Assembly: GCA_964473175.1 (NCBI GenBank)
Contig: CAYYNN010000003.1
Span: forward strand, 7,057 to 71,056
DNA: 64,000 nt
Direction of reading: 5' to 3'
Origin: an uncultured Candidatus Saccharibacteria bacterium
GTDB taxonomy: Bacteria; Patescibacteriota; Minisyncoccia; Phycocordibacterales; UBA9973
A program made the position numbers and the translations under genes. Positions 60,368 through 64,000 of the stretch are shown here, piece by piece. The notes beneath the pieces are model-generated. The model was not told where the DNA came from and ran no database searches. It worked only from the letters and a program-made list of their open reading frames with translations. Positions within the stretch are counted from its first letter, which is position 1. The number at the start of each line of letters is the position of its first letter.

Positions 60368-62356
60368 ATGACCGTTCCATATGATCCCGATCACATTACC
60401 TATTTTGCAGAGACTGACTCGCGTAACCAGCGCATTAAGTTCGGTATCAAGAGTCGCGACCGCACCCGACATATGTATGTGATTGGTAAATCTGGTGTTG
60501 GTAAATCAACGCTTTTGGAAAACATGGCAATCCAAGACATCAATCATGGTGAAGGGGTAGCCGTACTTGATCCTCACGGAAGCTTTGCGGAGAAAATGCT
60601 TGAATATATTCCAGAGCATCGCATCAAAGATGTTGTGTACTTCGCACCGTTTGATACTGATAACCCGATATCATTTAACGTACTCGAAGACGTGGGGGCT
60701 GATCGTCGACACCTTGTCGTCTCTGGACTGATGTCGACGTTCAAAAAGATTTGGGTGGATGCATGGAGTGCGCGTATGGAATATATCTTGACCAACACGC
60801 TCCTTGCACTTCTGGAGTATCCCGGCGCAACACTCCTGGGGGTAAACCGTATGCTTTCTGAAAAAGGATTTCGTAAGAAAGTTGTTGATAACATCACTGA
60901 CTCTGCAGTCAAAGCATTTTGGACAGAAGAGTTTGCCAACTATACAGAGCGTATGGCGGCTGAGGCGGTTCCTGCAATTCAAAATAAGATTGGACAGTTT
61001 ACGGCTAACCCACTTGTTCGAAATATTATTGGTCAAGCTACTTCAACGTTTGATTTACGAAAGATCATGGATGAACAAAAAATCCTGATCATCAACTTGT
61101 CTAAGGGGCGAATTGGGGATACTAATACGTCACTCCTCGGTTCTATGATTATTACCAAGATTTATCTTGCCGCCATGAGTAGGGCGGAGCTTTCATCGAG
61201 TCGTATGGGCGGACTTCCAAACTTTTATTTTTACGTCGATGAATTCCAGTCATTTGCTAATGAAACATTTGCAGATATTCTCGCAGAGGCACGAAAGTAT
61301 AAACTCGCGCTGATTATTGCCCATCAATACGTTGCGCAAATGGAAGAAAAAGTACGCGATGCAGTATTTGGAAACGTTGGAACGACGGTATCGTTTCGCG
61401 TGGGTCCACTTGATGGAGAGTTACTTGAGAAAGTGTTTACCCCACAATTCGCTCAGGCAGATCTGATAAATCTCGGCATGGCAGAAATCTATTTAACCTT
61501 GATGATTAACGATATCGGTTCTCAACCGTTCTCTGCACGCACGTTACCGCCATTACTTCGTCCTGCTATTACATTTAGAAATGATGCCATTGAAGCATCT
61601 CGCGCAGCATATGCCAACCCAAAAGAGATAGTAGAACAAAATATTGCTGATTGGTTTGGCCCCGCAGAAGCTCCAGAAGAAAAGGTGAAAAAGAAATGGG
61701 AAGATCCCAACCGTGCGTATCAAAGTACTCCTGCACCGCGTCCTTCTGGTTCAGCTCCATATACTCCAAAACCGCAAACGGTGAGTGCTGCGCCAGTATT
61801 TATTCCTCGTACATTCAGCAAACCCACCGGTCAAGATCCAACGCATAAACCGTTTGCAAAAGTGCTCATAAAGCCAATGGCTCCAGTCGCACAACCCATT
61901 ATTCAAAAAACAGAAATTCTCCCAGTACAAAAAGTAGTTGTTGAAACGAAACAAGAAGTAACAGTCTCTGCTTCGCCAGAACTCAAAAACCTACTCGAGG
62001 CTATTGACGGTACAACTGACACATCAATCAAAGTCGAAGAAAAAAGAAAGCCAGACGCACCATTTGTTGGCGAGAAACCACTTCGCGAAACAGTATTGCC
62101 AGTCAAACATGCAGAGCGTGGTCCAACTGAGAAAAATAGAGACTTACTCAAGGCGGCCCTCCAAAGCGCAATGAAAGACGCAACACCTACTCCAAAGCCA
62201 TCAGTACCTCCGCCACCACGAGAAATTCCTGCAACAGCTCCACCGCAGATACACACGCACGAGCCTGTTATAGAGGAAAAAATTATTAACACCATAGTAT
62301 CTTCGAATACAGCCGTAGAGATTCCTACTGAGGAACTACAAAAAGTATTGGAGTAA
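60368..62356 (+). CDS. P-loop NTPase resembling T4SS coupling proteins (VirD4/TraG/TraD-like, HerA/DUF87-like core) with a Pro-rich C-terminal extension
   Basis: Walker A IGKSGVGKST; Walker B FYFYVDEFQSF; LALIIAHQY; roughly 220-aa low-complexity P/T/K-rich tail. Confidence 0.45.
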   Translation: MTVPYDPDHITYFAETDSRNQRIKFGIKSRDRTRHMYVIGKSGVGKSTLLENMAIQDINHGEGVAVLDPHGSFAEKMLEYIPEHRIKDVVYFAPFDTDNPISFNVLEDVGADRRHLVVSGLMSTFKKIWVDAWSARMEYILTNTLLALLEYPGATLLGVNRMLSEKGFRKKVVDNITDSAVKAFWTEEFANYTERMAAEAVPAIQNKIGQFTANPLVRNIIGQATSTFDLRKIMDEQKILIINLSKGRIGDTNTSLLGSMIITKIYLAAMSRAELSSSRMGGLPNFYFYVDEFQSFANETFADILAEARKYKLALIIAHQYVAQMEEKVRDAVFGNVGTTVSFRVGPLDGELLEKVFTPQFAQADLINLGMAEIYLTLMINDIGSQPFSARTLPPLLRPAITFRNDAIEASRAAYANPKEIVEQNIADWFGPAEAPEEKVKKKWEDPNRAYQSTPAPRPSGSAPYTPKPQTVSAAPVFIPRTFSKPTGQDPTHKPFAKVLIKPMAPVAQPIIQKTEILPVQKVVVETKQEVTVSASPELKNLLEAIDGTTDTSIKVEEKRKPDAPFVGEKPLRETVLPVKHAERGPTEKNRDLLKAALQSAMKDATPTPKPSVPPPPREIPATAPPQIHTHEPVIEEKIINTIVSSNTAVEIPTEELQKVLE

Positions 62357-62357
62357 T

Positions 62358-63692
62358 ATGAAGTATACAATTTTAATTTTCGCAGCATTTATTCTTTGTA
62401 CAAGAACTGCTTTTGCAGATATACACATCACCGAAGTTGCCTGGATGGGTACTGCTTCAAGTCAATATTCAGAATGGCTTGAACTATACAATGACGGTGA
62501 TGTAGTAATAAATCTTGCAGGATGGAAGTTCCTAGAAGGAGATGGGTCGGTACTCTTCACACTCACCAAAACCATTGCAGCGAATGGGTATCTATTGATT
62601 GAAAGAACAACAGCAAGTGCGCCTGATGCTGTATCTGGTATTACTGATGAATCTGGACCTTTTGGTTCAAGTGGGCTTGCAAACACGGGAGAAGATCTAT
62701 CGCTAGTGGATATGTCGGGAACGGTGATTGAATCACTTGATTTTGCATCTGGATGGCCAGCAGGTGATGCAACAACGAAACATACTATGCAGTGGAGTGG
62801 TACAAAATGGATAACCGCAGTAGCAACGCCCAAGACTGGAGTATCAGGGGAGTCTGATACAGCAAATACCGCTAACAGCGATGAGGAGGTACTTATAGAG
62901 GAAAAAGATCCTTATCCAATTCCTGCTGTTTCTCCAAATCAACCACATATCGAATTTACTGTTCCATCAAATGTATATGTAGGAGTGCCGTATATGTACA
63001 CTGCTCGACCAGTATTTGAATATCATTATGGGATAGAAATAGGAGAGTATTATTGGAATATGGGCGATGGTACAATGCGTAGACAGACTGTTGTTGCGCC
63101 CATATCTCATATATATGAATACCCAGGAACATATACTCTTTCATTCAAATATACTGACCCCCTACACCGTGACCACTTTTTAACAGGATCCAAAAAAGTT
63201 GTGGCTACTGTTCCTGCGATAACAACAACAATTATCAATAAGAACGCATTACAAATAAAAAATACATCATCGGCACCTATCGATCTATCTGGATGGAAGA
63301 TTGCGTTACCCGATAGTATTGTGTTCATCCCTGACTTAACCATAGTAGCTGAACGAGCTACTGTTACACTCCCTTTTTCAATTCTTTCTATTACGCCAGG
63401 ATCTTTTGTCTCGTTAATGGATCCTTCCGGAAAAATAATCCCATCTACTGATTTGGTAAAATCTACTCCAGTAGCCTTGAGTAATGATCCTGTGTACATA
63501 CCACAAGATGATGCTCCATATGAATCGCCAATACTTACTAACCTCTCAGTAAGTACTGATCGAGATGCACGGCCTACCCCAATACGAAACCGCACCAAAA
63601 GTATTATTTTCGGTGCGGTCACGCTTTTCGTTATCGGCTTGTCGATACTCCTCGAGCGTTTTATGGCTCGACAGGAGTACTTGTCACAGTAG
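62358..63692 (+). CDS. Lamin-tail-domain (LTD) protein, secreted and C-terminally membrane-anchored
   Basis: Signal peptide; ITEVAWMGTASSQYSEWLELYN LTD signature; second LTD-like segment LSGWKIALPDS; C-terminal TM segment. Confidence 0.65.
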   Translation: MKYTILIFAAFILCTRTAFADIHITEVAWMGTASSQYSEWLELYNDGDVVINLAGWKFLEGDGSVLFTLTKTIAANGYLLIERTTASAPDAVSGITDESGPFGSSGLANTGEDLSLVDMSGTVIESLDFASGWPAGDATTKHTMQWSGTKWITAVATPKTGVSGESDTANTANSDEEVLIEEKDPYPIPAVSPNQPHIEFTVPSNVYVGVPYMYTARPVFEYHYGIEIGEYYWNMGDGTMRRQTVVAPISHIYEYPGTYTLSFKYTDPLHRDHFLTGSKKVVATVPAITTTIINKNALQIKNTSSAPIDLSGWKIALPDSIVFIPDLTIVAERATVTLPFSILSITPGSFVSLMDPSGKIIPSTDLVKSTPVALSNDPVYIPQDDAPYESPILTNLSVSTDRDARPTPIRNRTKSIIFGAVTLFVIGLSILLERFMARQEYLSQ

Positions 63693-64000
63693 GGAGGTAT
63701 GTATTTAAATCGAGATCTTTTGTTCCAGTAAGAGTAGTGTCGGTAGTATTTGTAGCCGCAACATCTAGACTGATAGAATCAATTTCTTTTGATAGGATTT
63801 TAACTTCTTGATCAGAAACTTTTTTAAGGGTGTTATCAACCGTTTCAAGGGCGACGACGGACGCAGGACTAGTGGTGCTATTTTCAAGTAATACTTTATT
63901 TGCTTTTAATGCATCTTCGAGATTTGCTGTTGCGGTCAGTGCGGCAGTTGGTGCAACAGTGCTAAGCGTGTTGAGATTAACCGAAAGGTCTTTGATGTGT
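63661..64000 (-). CDS. Partial Thr/Ala-rich hypothetical CDS running off the window end (C-terminus only)
   Basis: Minus-strand frame open from 64000 to the TAA at 63661..63663 (112 codons); not in the ORF track because there is no start in the window. Confidence 0.3.
   Translation of the reverse strand, partial: HIKDLSVNLNTLSTVAPTAALTATANLEDALKANKVLLENSTTSPASVVALETVDNTLKKVSDQEVKILSKEIDSISLDVAATNTTDTTLTGTKDLDLNTYLPTVTSTPVEP

Noticed and set aside
1-64000. CRISPR arrays, rRNA genes, RNase P RNA, tmRNA and SRP RNA
   Set aside because: No regularly spaced direct repeats or recognisable structured-RNA signatures were seen in the non-coding gaps. This is visual inspection only and Infernal has not been run.

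Overview
The window is a gene-dense bacterial chromosome segment of about 40% GC. It has the hallmarks of a reduced, probably Patescibacteria/CPR-like genome: short dnaE, S1 and IF-2, many small secreted or membrane proteins, lamin-tail-domain proteins and weak Shine-Dalgarno sequences. The lineage call is inference only.

Housekeeping genes recognised from conserved motifs: secA (C-terminal part), dnaE, rnhB, uppP, rsmE, dedA, a VanY-type peptidase, a NUDIX hydrolase, pyk, hpf, the lepB-hisS-def-fmt operon, pth, rpsA, gyrA, rbfA, infB, a cysteine desulfurase, clpB, a TrmH-family methyltransferase, gltX, engB, a PIF1-like helicase and others.

Six tRNAs are present: Asn, Lys, Leu(UAG), Leu(UAA), Cys and Tyr.

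Three regions stand out:
(1) An ~11 kb putative integrated element (about 12.3 to 23.6 kb) ends at tRNA-Asn. It carries a large serine recombinase whose 3' end reads antisense through the tRNA, a winged-helix rep-like protein preceded by direct repeats, a Type I-like restriction-modification system with HsdR plus an HsdM-HsdS fusion (resembling a split Type ISP enzyme) with a translationally coupled unknown protein, and a divergent DUF3800-family gene paired with an uncharacterised 166-aa gene, a candidate defence module.
(2) A co-directional operon (34.5 to 40.3 kb) encodes five paralogous signal-peptide proteins. They have variable Ig-like and Thr/Pro-rich middles and a conserved C-terminal two-helix module resembling TrbC/VirB2 pilins. 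A membrane-anchored solute-binding-like protein precedes them, and an SPFH-like protein, a membrane protein and a lipoprotein converge on the array. This is the best candidate for an undescribed surface or pilus-like system.
(3) At the 3' end of the window, a VirD4/TraG-like P-loop ATPase with a Pro-rich tail sits next to a lamin-tail-domain protein.

No CRISPR array was seen. Coordinates of RNA genes and terminators were read by eye and may be off by 1 to 2 nt.
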